This document shows, in pieces, positions 41,129-50,860 of a stretch of 64,000 bases of DNA. The translations under genes and the position numbers were made by a program. The number at the start of each line of letters is the position of its first letter. The stretch's first letter is position 1. A model generated the notes under the pieces. That model did not search any database, was not told the origin of the DNA, and saw only the letters and a program-made list of their open reading frames with translations. Source of the stretch: an uncultured Pseudobdellovibrionaceae bacterium (GTDB lineage: Bacteria > Bdellovibrionota > Bdellovibrionia > Bdellovibrionales > UBA1609). The stretch covers positions 480,001 to 544,000 of the forward strand of contig CAWDNU010000004.1 in NCBI GenBank assembly GCA_963803705.1, read 5' to 3'.

Positions 41129-41785
41129 TCAATGAGAATGACCATGAGCCCTGCCGGAGCTATGGGATTCCGAGTCGTTGTTTTGGCACAGCGAGCACAT
41201 CAGATCAACTTCAAGATTTTCAGAAAAATTTAAGTTAGAAAACCTGTCAACATTCATCAGGGTTTTACTGCCTTGACCACTATCTAGAACTAGTCTCCAA
41301 CAACCTCCTTCGGGCATATCGTAAAAGTAAAGTTCGGATAAAATATAAATATTGTTTGCTCTGTCATAGCTAAAGTTGGCTCTATCGAGGTGACTCATCT
41401 CGTTCGGCATAATCATAATTGGAGCAACAGACAAATCATCCAAATAAACCAAGTTTTTGTTGGGATCAGTTTTCTGCCAGACTTCGATTCTAGCTTTGGA
41501 ATAAATTCTTTGCCTTGAGCGAGTTCTTGCTGCATTTAGTACAGGGCTTATTTCTTTAGCCTCAGTGAAAATGTATTCACCTTGTTGTTTTTTTCGTGTT
41601 GCTGTTTTTTGCCATTCAAAATTTAAGCAATAGCTTTTTGAATCGTAATTAAATTCATTGGGACAATTATTTGCTAGTGCTGGTTGAAAAAACAAAGTTG
41701 TAAGTAAAAGTGATTGTTTAAAAATTTGAATAAGATAGTACAATGTTTGCTCCTTGTGTAATAAGTGTGTTCTTAGGACGTCCAA
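41129..41785 (-). CDS. Exported protein with an MPxxMxH motif and a His-rich tail (putative metal chaperone)
   Basis: Signal-like segment (ALA|N); IMIMPNEMSH; MCSLC; ends HSSGRAHGHSH; start uncertain. Confidence 0.55.
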   Translation of the reverse strand: MDVLRTHLLHKEQTLYYLIQIFKQSLLLTTLFFQPALANNCPNEFNYDSKSYCLNFEWQKTATRKKQQGEYIFTEAKEISPVLNAARTRSRQRIYSKARIEVWQKTDPNKNLVYLDDLSVAPIMIMPNEMSHLDRANFSYDRANNIYILSELYFYDMPEGGCWRLVLDSGQGSKTLMNVDRFSNLNFSENLEVDLMCSLCQNNDSESHSSGRAHGHSH

Positions 41786-42671
41786 TCAAAGACTGGTCCG
41801 TATAAATAAAATTTAAGTTTATTTTTTCAGTAATCAGCCTACTAAAACCAATTCCTAAAGCTGTTGATCTAGAATTTGCATCTTGGTCAAAATTTAGTGA
41901 CTGACTAACGCGCTTTGATGTGACCGACCCGTCTGACATTTCCATTTGAGTTAAGCTTAAGTTTAAGTTCAGCTTCCAGAAGGGTAAACTGTAACCCAAT
42001 ATCATCTGAACTGAGCTGTCGTAGAAACTTTGAACATTCACGTCGCCAAACTGTTTTGAACTAAGCCTAAGGCTTCTGGCTTGGATCAATATCGACCATG
42101 GTGCAATTACCTTATATAAGGTGACGCCAAGACCAACACCCCATTGATTGTGTCCACTGACAGCTATATTTTCTGCACCAGGTTGACCTTCGTAAACCGA
42201 TCGCCCAGTAGGTAGGTTAATAAAAGTTGTAATAAATACGGTGGGCTTGTAGTAGCTAAATGTATATTCAGATAACAACTCGTAGGTGATACCAAGGCTC
42301 GTATCCGTCATTTCAGATTCAGCTTGACGAAAATTAAATTCTTCAAAAATACCCGTTTGATATCCTGCATTTACAAAAGCTTGAAGCCTGGAGTCGATTT
42401 TAAATCCACCTCCAATTTGTGTTAAGTGTACTTGCCTGCTTTTTTCATTTTGCCAGACCAGAAAGCCATTAGAAGGATCAAAAACTCGACCCACTCCGCT
42501 AACTAGAGAATGGCTTAAATTTAAGCTGTAACTTTGCCTTTGCACCATCACATTTAAATTAGTTGAGTTTTGGCCACAGCAGGAACTTGCCAAAGCTAAA
42601 TTAAAATCAAAAGCTATAAAAATATAAATGTTCAAAAAAAAGATAGTCTTTTTCACAGGAATTCCTGCCAT
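41718..42671 (-). CDS. Outer-membrane beta-barrel with an N-terminal CCG motif (putative metal transporter)
   Basis: Signal peptide then SSCCG; LPTG motif; amphipathic strands; C-terminal YSNF. Confidence 0.6.
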   Translation of the reverse strand: MAGIPVKKTIFFLNIYIFIAFDFNLALASSCCGQNSTNLNVMVQRQSYSLNLSHSLVSGVGRVFDPSNGFLVWQNEKSRQVHLTQIGGGFKIDSRLQAFVNAGYQTGIFEEFNFRQAESEMTDTSLGITYELLSEYTFSYYKPTVFITTFINLPTGRSVYEGQPGAENIAVSGHNQWGVGLGVTLYKVIAPWSILIQARSLRLSSKQFGDVNVQSFYDSSVQMILGYSLPFWKLNLNLSLTQMEMSDGSVTSKRVSQSLNFDQDANSRSTALGIGFSRLITEKINLNFIYTDQSLIGRPKNTLITQGANIVLSYSNF

Positions 42672-43150
42672 TCGACACGATCTAATTCAGATCCTTCAAG
42701 ATCAAAAATAGAAAGATCCATAGACCACCAGCCGCCCATTTGAAAAACAACACCTGTGTTTTCATAGACACCCCTTGATAAGCGTTCAAATTCGCCAACA
42801 TCTTGTAATTCGTGATTTCTCATATCCGGCATGGTGGCAAAAAATTCCAGAAAACTTTTTTCTGTCAAATCTGTTAGTTGGTCCTTTCCATTGTAAATAA
42901 AAACAATGATCTTTGAGTTTTTAGCCACTGAAGGATAAGCACCTTCTGTCCATAAGTATTTAACTTTCAAGTCCAAGTTCTTAAAAAAAAGATCGTTTTT
43001 ACTATTTTGAGTTTTAAAACTTTCAGAAGAAACTTTGTTTCTAAGCGGAGAGTCACAACCCATGACAAAAAGAATCCAGAACCACCAAGCAAAAGCTCGG
43101 ATTAACTTTAGCTTAACCATCAAAACCTTCTTATGTAACAGCCCATACAA
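42653..43150 (-). CDS. YtkA/FixH-like lipoprotein
   Basis: Lipobox VMGC; TMPDMRNH; GVY...VFQMGGWWSM pattern. Confidence 0.65.
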   Translation of the reverse strand: MYGLLHKKVLMVKLKLIRAFAWWFWILFVMGCDSPLRNKVSSESFKTQNSKNDLFFKNLDLKVKYLWTEGAYPSVAKNSKIIVFIYNGKDQLTDLTEKSFLEFFATMPDMRNHELQDVGEFERLSRGVYENTGVVFQMGGWWSMDLSIFDLEGSELDRVEWQEFL

Positions 43151-43743
43151 AAGCCATTTTTAACTTTTACGTCTTTTCCATTCGAACTTTCATTCATTGC
43201 TGTTTCAAGGTACTTTTTTGAATTAGAGCTATAGATTTTGCTATCCGTTAGTCCACCTTGGTAAATTACCGCTGGTTGATTGGCTATTTCTTGTTTTACC
43301 AAAACCACATGAGGGGTCTTTAGCGCCTTATATTTTTTAACCAATAGCTGATCTGTATCTTCAATAATAGGAAATCCAAAATCAGTTTTTAGAAAGTACT
43401 GATTTTTTTGATCCTTTTGTTTTTTGTTTTTTGCAGGCTCACTAATAACTCCATAAACCTTAAGATCGGGGTAAGCATTCATTAAGTTTTTTATGTGTCG
43501 GATATGACTTCTAGAGCAAGGACATTTTTCTGATAAGAAAACCAACAGCTTATACCTTGAATCTTCAGACTCAAAGCTATCCGGCGCTAAATAACCATTC
43601 GTGGGTGGTATCGAATGAAAACTGGGATTAGGGTCGGGATGAGAGGTCTGTAAAGACGACTTAGGGTTCGCAAAACTAAGGTTTTGTATAAATAATATAG
43701 TGGCTAAACGCAAAAAAAATAAATAATATCGGCAGAGTTTCAC
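43120..43743 (-). CDS. Exported redoxin (AhpC/TSA-like thioredoxin fold)
   Basis: VFLSEKCPCS; YKALKTPHV; YQGGLTD; C-terminal GCYI. Confidence 0.75.
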   Translation of the reverse strand: MKLCRYYLFFLRLATILFIQNLSFANPKSSLQTSHPDPNPSFHSIPPTNGYLAPDSFESEDSRYKLLVFLSEKCPCSRSHIRHIKNLMNAYPDLKVYGVISEPAKNKKQKDQKNQYFLKTDFGFPIIEDTDQLLVKKYKALKTPHVVLVKQEIANQPAVIYQGGLTDSKIYSSNSKKYLETAMNESSNGKDVKVKNGFCMGCYIRRF

Positions 43744-43818
43744 TGAATACCTCTTAAAAAATTTTAGTTTTTATTTAAATATGACAGTTGAATTACAGGA
43801 AAGTAGCCATTAAATAAA

Positions 43819-43850
43819 TAATTAATTAATTAATTAATTAATCAATCAAT
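43819..43850. repeat. (TAAT)6(CAAT)2 microsatellite
   Basis: Read directly. Confidence 0.85.
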
Positions 43851-43890
43851 CTACTTTATCATGTAACCAAACTTTTAATTTTATAAAAAA

Positions 43891-44352
43891 TTAAGAGTAT
43901 AGCGGTGGGCCTCTAAAAGGTGCGCTTAAAAATATAATAGAAGTAAATTTTTGGCGAATTGTATCACAATCAAAAAATGAAAAATCAAGATCTGAATAAA
44001 GCAAACCAAAGTTAAGCTGACCAAACTTACCAAATTTTCTTGTATAAAAGCTTAATGCGGAATCCGTTTCTAAATCAGACTTTGAATTTAAAGTTAATCC
44101 TGAACTTGAACCACATACAGCTGCAGGTAAGACCCGGTGAGCACAGCTCCAAGGTTTGTCTTTCGAGGACCTTTTCTCCCAGTTGACCACTACTTCGCAA
44201 ACTTGATTGCCGTAAGATTCGATTTTTGCATAATTCACCGAAGTCATTTCTGATGGCAGTAGCCAAAGAACCAAGTTCAAAAGCAGCAGAACAGCAAATG
44301 ATTTGTTCAGTACACTGAATTGATAAAATTGATTTAACACTTTAAAACCCAC
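43891..44352 (-). CDS. DUF2946/CruR-like leader protein with a C-terminal RGPP motif
   Basis: N-terminal hydrophobic helix; Cys/His cluster (CAH...C); ends FRGPPLYS*. Confidence 0.6.
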   Translation of the reverse strand: MGFKVLNQFYQFSVLNKSFAVLLLLNLVLWLLPSEMTSVNYAKIESYGNQVCEVVVNWEKRSSKDKPWSCAHRVLPAAVCGSSSGLTLNSKSDLETDSALSFYTRKFGKFGQLNFGLLYSDLDFSFFDCDTIRQKFTSIIFLSAPFRGPPLYS

Positions 44353-44441
44353 TGCTATCAGCTAACATAAGGGTTTTTTAAGATCAATAACTATGTAAGT
44401 ATTGTATGCTAGAGTAACAAATCTAGAACAAGGTGTTTTAA

Positions 44442-46331
44442 ATGATTAAAAACAAAAAAGAGCTTGAAACAGCAACAGATCAATCCTTGAACTTTGCTGC
44501 AACTTACTGGAAAGATATCGCGTCTAATTATCAGTGGCACAAGTTTCCAACAATCATTCATTCTGGCAACTTTCAAGACATGCAGGTAAAGTGGTTTCAA
44601 GATGGAGTGTTAAACATTACTGAAAACACCTTAGACCGGCACCTTAAAACCCAGCCAGATAAGGTTGCCATCTTGTTTGAGCCTAACGACCCAAATGCTA
44701 ATTCCGTACAGCTCACATACAAAGAACTTTACGCTAAAGTTTGTCAAACTTCAGAACTTTTAAAGAAAAGAAATATCAAGAAAGGCGACGTTGTTTGTAT
44801 TTACATGTCTATGATTCCTGAACTTTTAATCAGTGCCCTAGCTTGCGCACGGATAGGGGCGATACATTCGGTGGTTTTCGGCGGATTTTCAGCTAAAGCA
44901 CTGTCTGACCGAATTGAAGATTGCAAAGCAAAATTAGTGATCACCAACGACTCGGGCTTCCGAGGAGACAAAGACCTTCCAATAAAGATCGTTGTCGACG
45001 AGGCTTTAAAAAAAATAGACCTTGATTATAAAATTCAAGTAATGGTCTGGAGATACTCTTCAAAGACAGTTCCCATAACTGCCGGTCGTGATTTTTTTGT
45101 TGAAGACCTTATCAATTTAGAAACCACTGATTTTCAAGCAGAACCCATGAATGCTGAAGACCCATTATTTATTCTTTATACCTCTGGATCTACAGGCAAA
45201 CCAAAGGGTCTACTTCATACCACCGGGGGCTACATGGTTTGGGCCAGCGAGACTTTTAAGAATGTCTTTCAAATGAGCGATGCAAACGACGTCTACTGGT
45301 GCACAGCCGACATTGGTTGGATCACTGGGCACTCTTACATTGCTTATGGACCCTTGGCGAACGGTGTAACCCAGGTGATGTTTGAAGGCATACCAACTTG
45401 GCCTACACCTGCAAGATTTTGGAACTTAATTGAAAAATATAAAGTTAGTCATTTCTATACCGCACCCACTGCAATTCGAGCCTTGCAAGCTTGTGACATA
45501 AAATTTGTTAAGCAAAGCGATCTTTCCTCACTTAAAGTTTTAGGAACAGTCGGTGAGCCGATAAATGAAGAGGCTTGGCGATGGTATAAAAAAGAAATTG
45601 GAAATGATAAATGCCCAGTGGTGGACACTTGGTGGCAGACTGAAACCGGTGGAATTATGATCTCTAACTTTGCCGGCATTACTCCTGAGCGTCCAGGATT
45701 TGCAACTTTACCTTTGCCTGGTGTAAACGCGGTCTTATTAGATGAAAATTCTAAAGAGTTATCTGGCGAATCAGAAGGGCATCTATGTATAAAAAGCCCG
45801 TGGCCAGGTATTGCTCGTTCAATCTTTGGTGATCATGACAGATTTGTTCAAACTTACTTCTCAACTCATAAAGGGTTTTATTTCACAGGTGACGGAGCAA
45901 AACGAACAGAAAACGGAGACTTCAAAATAATTGGACGAGTAGATGATGTAGTCAATGTTTCAGGACATCGTATTGGTACTGCAGAAGTAGAAGACATCAT
46001 AGATACCCACCCTTTAGTTAAAGAAGCGGCAGTCGTAGGAGCACACCACGATATAAAAGGTCAGTGTCTTATGGCCTTTGTTATCACTGATAAAAAACAA
46101 TCTAACGAAATGCTACTGAAAGAAATTAACACTAGCCTTACTGAAGAAATGGGAAAAATCTGTAAAATAGAGCGAGTGATTCAAATATCAGGTCTGCCAA
46201 AAACAAGATCTGGAAAAATTATGCGACGTATATTAAGAAAGATCGCCGACGGAGAGACCAAATTTGGTGACACATCTACGCTTCTAAATCCAGAAGTTGT
46301 CGACCAGATAATAGCAGAGTTCAAAGAATAG
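44442..46331 (+). CDS. acs: Acetyl-CoA synthetase
   Basis: YTSGSTGKPKG; DTWWQTETG; LPKTRSGKIMRR. Confidence 0.96.
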   Translation: MIKNKKELETATDQSLNFAATYWKDIASNYQWHKFPTIIHSGNFQDMQVKWFQDGVLNITENTLDRHLKTQPDKVAILFEPNDPNANSVQLTYKELYAKVCQTSELLKKRNIKKGDVVCIYMSMIPELLISALACARIGAIHSVVFGGFSAKALSDRIEDCKAKLVITNDSGFRGDKDLPIKIVVDEALKKIDLDYKIQVMVWRYSSKTVPITAGRDFFVEDLINLETTDFQAEPMNAEDPLFILYTSGSTGKPKGLLHTTGGYMVWASETFKNVFQMSDANDVYWCTADIGWITGHSYIAYGPLANGVTQVMFEGIPTWPTPARFWNLIEKYKVSHFYTAPTAIRALQACDIKFVKQSDLSSLKVLGTVGEPINEEAWRWYKKEIGNDKCPVVDTWWQTETGGIMISNFAGITPERPGFATLPLPGVNAVLLDENSKELSGESEGHLCIKSPWPGIARSIFGDHDRFVQTYFSTHKGFYFTGDGAKRTENGDFKIIGRVDDVVNVSGHRIGTAEVEDIIDTHPLVKEAAVVGAHHDIKGQCLMAFVITDKKQSNEMLLKEINTSLTEEMGKICKIERVIQISGLPKTRSGKIMRRILRKIADGETKFGDTSTLLNPEVVDQIIAEFKE

Positions 46332-46335
46332 ACTA

Positions 46336-46512
46336 TTATTTTTTGGAAGACTGCCTAAGAACACTTAGCATAATACCTAAGATGCCTATAGTGAAAAACA
46401 CGGCGTTGAAAGTGTCTTGATTGTTGATTTTGTAAAAAGAGTAGCCACCAGCCATGCAACACAAGGTTAAAGCTATAGTAATAAAAGTTTTTTTATAGTC
46501 GTACTTTTTCAA
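46336..46512 (-). CDS. 58-aa membrane protein with two TM helices (absent from the ORF track)
   Basis: GAGG RBS and TTG start; MKKYDYKKTFITIALTLCCMAGGYSFYKINNQDTFNAVFFTIGILGIMLSVLRQSSKK; tandem stops. Confidence 0.6.
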   Translation of the reverse strand: MKKYDYKKTFITIALTLCCMAGGYSFYKINNQDTFNAVFFTIGILGIMLSVLRQSSKK

Positions 46513-46838
46513 TTGTCCTCGATACAGTTCCTGTGTTTTCGAATATGGAATTCAAGTCCTAAGATTTTATTTTAGCATACATTCCGCCGTCAAAGACCCG
46601 ACCGTCTTTTTTGTAATAAGATTGAATTAGATTCATAGTATATATGCAGCACGCAGTAAGAGCTTTAAGCCAGGGGCCTAAACTTAAAAAATTATCCTGA
46701 GACCTTAGATCCAAGATATTCAGTCAGGACAAAGGATTTAAGAGCTCCTAGAATTTCAGTGAAAAGAATATAAAACTTGTTTTAAGCGTTGATCTTATGC
46801 CCAAAATTGATATTTATAGCTTAAAAAGGAGTCTTAAA

Positions 46839-47327
46839 ATGTATTTTAAACAAATTTTTTCGTTCACTAATTTTGTTCTATCTATTTTAACTCTACCTAT
46901 CTTAACTCTATCAAGCTTGACCACTTTCGCAAGCATTTCACCCAAGAGCCTTGATTCAATTAAAATTTCATTGGCAGATCAGAACTATTTTCCAGAAGGT
47001 GTTTCATCCGGATTAGTTGATGACCTCTATGTTGATACAATTGAAAGTAACATTTTAGAAACACCAAAGAACACCTTGGAAGTAGCTCATCACAGACATG
47101 GTTATCACAATCATCAACCTAGGCAATTTCACCGCCGACCAAGACCTTACAATTATAATTATCGTCACTATCAGGGGCGGGTTTGTATTGCTGTTGACCC
47201 TTGGGGTTACACATATTGGGGAAAAGCTCCGAATGACAGGTGGGCTGCAGACGCAGCCTTATGGGAATGTGGCACTCAATCTGGTTATCAATGCTATATT
47301 TCTTACTGCGAAAACTATTATAACTAA
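46839..47327 (+). CDS. Secreted protein with a His/Arg-rich linker and a four-Cys C-terminal domain
   Basis: RBS AAGGAG before ATG 46839; signal peptide; CIAVD...ALWEC...C...C. Confidence 0.65.
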   Translation: MYFKQIFSFTNFVLSILTLPILTLSSLTTFASISPKSLDSIKISLADQNYFPEGVSSGLVDDLYVDTIESNILETPKNTLEVAHHRHGYHNHQPRQFHRRPRPYNYNYRHYQGRVCIAVDPWGYTYWGKAPNDRWAADAALWECGTQSGYQCYISYCENYYN

Positions 47328-47361
47328 AGTCTGTGCTTTATTTCAAGACTTACGGTTCACG

Positions 47362-48931
47362 TTAATGGGTTTTTAGATTAGAGGTTTCTAAACACCTTCT
47401 AATTGCAAATTGTTCCACCATAGATTTTATTTTCAGAATATCTTTTGAAAAGACCCGATCTTTTTCAGCAAAAGAAACTTCCTTTCGAACAAAGTCATAC
47501 ACTTTCTTCAAGTTGCCTTCGGGCTTCTCATCGCCCACTAAATCCAAACCTTGCAAAGCACACAAAAGTTCCATGGCAATAACATTTGTTGAATTCTCAA
47601 CAATCTTTCTAAGTTTTCGTGCAGCAATAGTTCCCATGCTCACATGATCTTCTTTATCCGCAGAGGTTGGGATACTATCCACACTGGCGGGATGAGACAA
47701 AATTTTATTTTCGCTAACTAAAGAAGCGCAAGCTACTTGCACAATCATCATTCCGCTATTTAATCCACCAGCAGGAGCTAAAAAAGCTGGTAGCCCACTC
47801 ATAGCCGGATTAATCAGTTTTTCAACACGACACTCTGACATACTAGTCATAGCACTGACAGCTATTGCCAAAAAATCCAGTTGGAAGGCAACCGGTTCAC
47901 CATGAAAATTTCCACAACTTAGAATTTTATCTTCTTCAGCAAAAACTAAAGGATTATCGGTGCTAGAGTTGGCCTCCGTTTCTAAAATTTCTACAGCTCG
48001 AACAAATGTGTCTTTAGCTGCTCCGTGCACTGCAGGTATGCAACGAAGCGAGTAAGCATCTTGCACACGGTTGCACATTTCATGACTTTGCGAGCAATTT
48101 TGGATGTCGTGCCTAAAATATTCTCTCATATTGGCGCAGTTATGGCTTCACCTGGGTGCTTGCGGGTGGCTGGGAATCAAAGGATCAAAAGCTTTTCTTG
48201 AACCCCGCAAGGCTTCAAGGGTTAAACTGCCTGCGATGTCAGCTGTTAAAAGTAAGTTTTCAATTTTTTTCAGTTCAAGTAGTCCAACAGCCGTCATCAC
48301 CTGGCAGCCATTGATAAGTGACAGGCCCTCTTTAGCTTGTAGAACTAAAGGCGAAATACCTGTTTCGTTTCAATGCGCTTTCAGCAGAATCACTGCTTCG
48401 GTGCCTTCACTATTCCAAACTTCACCCTCGCCCATCAAAGCCAAAGCCAAGTGGGATAAAGGAGCTAAGATCACCACTTGCACCAACGCTCCCCTGCTCT
48501 GGAATCACAGGTATCAAATCATTGTTTAAAAATTCAAGAATTTTTTCAATCACCTCTGTCCGAACTCCACTATGTCCACTAGACAAGGCATTAGCCCTTA
48601 AAAGCATGATTGCTCTGGACTGCACCTTGGTAAACGGTTTACCAACGCCACAACAGTGGGAACGTATTAAATTTTTTTGAAGCTCCACAAGTTGATCGTC
48701 AGAAATTTGCACATTAGAAAAGTGTCCGAAGCCGGTATTGACCCCGTACATGACGTCCCCCTTAGCCATTTTATCTTCTAAATAAGCTCTAGCTTTTAAA
48801 ACCTTAGCTTTGGCTGTATCAGCCAAAGCTACCTTTTTATTTTCAGTAGCCACTACCCATACTTTATCCAAATTTAAATTGTAGCCACTTATTTCCAATG
48901 AACTTTCTTTTTCCTTTAACATATGGACCAC
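47362..48931 (-). pseudogene. hutH: Histidine ammonia-lyase disrupted by several indels (or by a local sequence error)
   Basis: YGVNTGFG; GSVGASGDL (MIO motif); KEGLSLING in another frame; VQDAYSLRC; EDHVSMG. Confidence 0.85.
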
Positions 48932-49006
48932 CTAGAGCCGAATAATTTTAGAAAACTGACCTTTTTATCCCGTCAGCTATTTTAACAGCCAACTGAAAAA
49001 GCACTC

Positions 49007-49657
49007 TTATCTTGCATTTTTTAATGTATCTATTTGTGATTTATAATCACCGCTGAATATAAAACTTCCAGCAACTAGAACGTCCGCATCCCTACACTGT
49101 ATTACTGTTGTTTGATTTATGCCGCCGTCAACTTCGATCAAATAACTATAGCCATTTTCTTTTCGTAATTCTTTTAGTTCTGCAATCTTAAGTGTTTGAT
49201 CGACCATAAAACTTTGACCACCGAAACCAGGTTCCACCGTCATAACCAAAACAAGATCTACCATACTTAAAAATGGTCTAATGTTTTCAAGAGGGGTCTT
49301 TGGCTTAAGGGTGATACCACACTTTACACCTGATTTTTTAAGAGATTCGAAAATTTCTGAAGCCTTGTTCGTGGCTTCAACATGAATGGTAATAATATCA
49401 GCCCCCGCTTTGACAAAGTCATTCACCAAATTTTCCGGCTTTTCAATCATCAAATGAACATCTAAAGTTTTGTCTGTGACAGGTCTTATGGATTTGACCA
49501 CCGGTGCACCGATAGTTAAGTTCGGAACAAATCGCCCATCCATAACATCTATATGGATCCAATCGGCGCCAGCCTCGACCACATCACTTATTTCCTGGCC
49601 TAATTTAGAAAAGTCTGCAGAAAGTATACTTGGAGCAACTATAAATTTATTCATCAC
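49007..49657 (-). CDS. rpe: Ribulose-phosphate 3-epimerase
   Basis: APSILSADF; HIDVMDG; MTVEPGFGGQ; EVDGG. Confidence 0.96.
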   Translation of the reverse strand: MMNKFIVAPSILSADFSKLGQEISDVVEAGADWIHIDVMDGRFVPNLTIGAPVVKSIRPVTDKTLDVHLMIEKPENLVNDFVKAGADIITIHVEATNKASEIFESLKKSGVKCGITLKPKTPLENIRPFLSMVDLVLVMTVEPGFGGQSFMVDQTLKIAELKELRKENGYSYLIEVDGGINQTTVIQCRDADVLVAGSFIFSGDYKSQIDTLKNAR

Positions 49658-49825
49658 CGTATTTATAGACGGGCTTTTGGCAACATGCCAGCATTCAGCG
49701 TGTTAAAGAATAATTTAAAAGTTCTTTGGCATTTCTAATTGCTCTTAATGGTTAGAAATGCTGCTTTATAACTTGCGTACTTTAGCTAGTTTTAAAAAAA
49801 GTTTTTATAGTTGGCAGAATTAATA

Positions 49826-50824
49826 TTATTTGCCTAAAATGTTGCCCTCTTTTAAACCACTGCCGTTAACATAACTACAAGCTAACATCTTAGGCTTAGA
49901 TTCAGGTTGGACCTGGTCGACAAACAGCACTGAAAATGAACTCTCGTCTTGCCCACAAAACACGTAAAATCCGTTTGAATTCGACACTAAAATTTCGCCA
50001 GGTTTTTTGGAATCAAAGATAAGAGCTAAATCCATTATCTGTTCAAAATTTTTCACTGACATAGGCTTAGCCTTAATCACTTTTAGGCGCTTATTTTTAA
50101 ATGAGGTAGAGCCGCCAGGTCCCAAAGCAAGTCCTCGGATGTGGTTCCAGATCTGCTGACTAGATTCAGACCATCTTATCCAAGTTTCATTCTTTTCAAT
50201 TTTTGCAGCATAGGTAACTAAAGATTCTTGCTGGGCCGCTGGTTGAATTTCACTTAGAAAATATTTCTTAACACTTTTAAGTGCCAATTTAGCACCTAAA
50301 AGTGACAAGCGGTCGTGAAGTTCAATAGAATTTTCATCGGGTGTAATTTCGGTTTTAGATTCTGAGATTACACAGCCTGCGTCTAATTTTTTAACCATCA
50401 CCTGTAGACTAACTCCAGTAACCCTATCCCCTTCCATGATCGCCCGCTGAATTGGGGCTGCTCCGCGCCACCTAGGTAAAAGTGATGCGTGAATATTTAT
50501 AAATTTTGATGGACATAAATTTAAAAGTTTTTGATTTAAAATTTGGCCAAAAGCAACAACCACAGCACCTTCTACGCCTAAGGATTCAAAAAAAGATATA
50601 AACTCTTCAGATTTACAATTTTCTGGAGTTATTACTTTCAAATTATTCATTTCAGCCCAAATTTTTACAGGCGAAGAGGTCAATTTTAGCTTTCGACCCG
50701 ATGGTCGATCCGGCTGAGAAACCACAAGTTTGATATCAAACTGATCGCTCTGGTGCAGGGCTTTAAGTGAGGGAACAGAAAAGTCCGGCGTGCCAAAAAA
50801 AACAATAGGGGTTTTTACTTTCAA
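49826..50824 (-). CDS. fmt: Methionyl-tRNA formyltransferase
   Basis: FFGTPDF; NIHASLLPRWRGAAPIQ. Confidence 0.96.
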   Translation of the reverse strand: MKVKTPIVFFGTPDFSVPSLKALHQSDQFDIKLVVSQPDRPSGRKLKLTSSPVKIWAEMNNLKVITPENCKSEEFISFFESLGVEGAVVVAFGQILNQKLLNLCPSKFINIHASLLPRWRGAAPIQRAIMEGDRVTGVSLQVMVKKLDAGCVISESKTEITPDENSIELHDRLSLLGAKLALKSVKKYFLSEIQPAAQQESLVTYAAKIEKNETWIRWSESSQQIWNHIRGLALGPGGSTSFKNKRLKVIKAKPMSVKNFEQIMDLALIFDSKKPGEILVSNSNGFYVFCGQDESSFSVLFVDQVQPESKPKMLACSYVNGSGLKEGNILGK

Positions 50825-50860
50825 GTTGTTCCTGATGTTTGAAATGAATCTAATACAAAC

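Noticed and set aside
48370..48372. Recoded TGA (selenocysteine or alternative genetic code) in hutH
   Set aside because: TGA ends normal genes in this window (e.g. exbD), and flanking indels explain the stop
48104..48529. 141-aa plus-strand ORF
   Set aside because: Antisense shadow of the hutH middle segment
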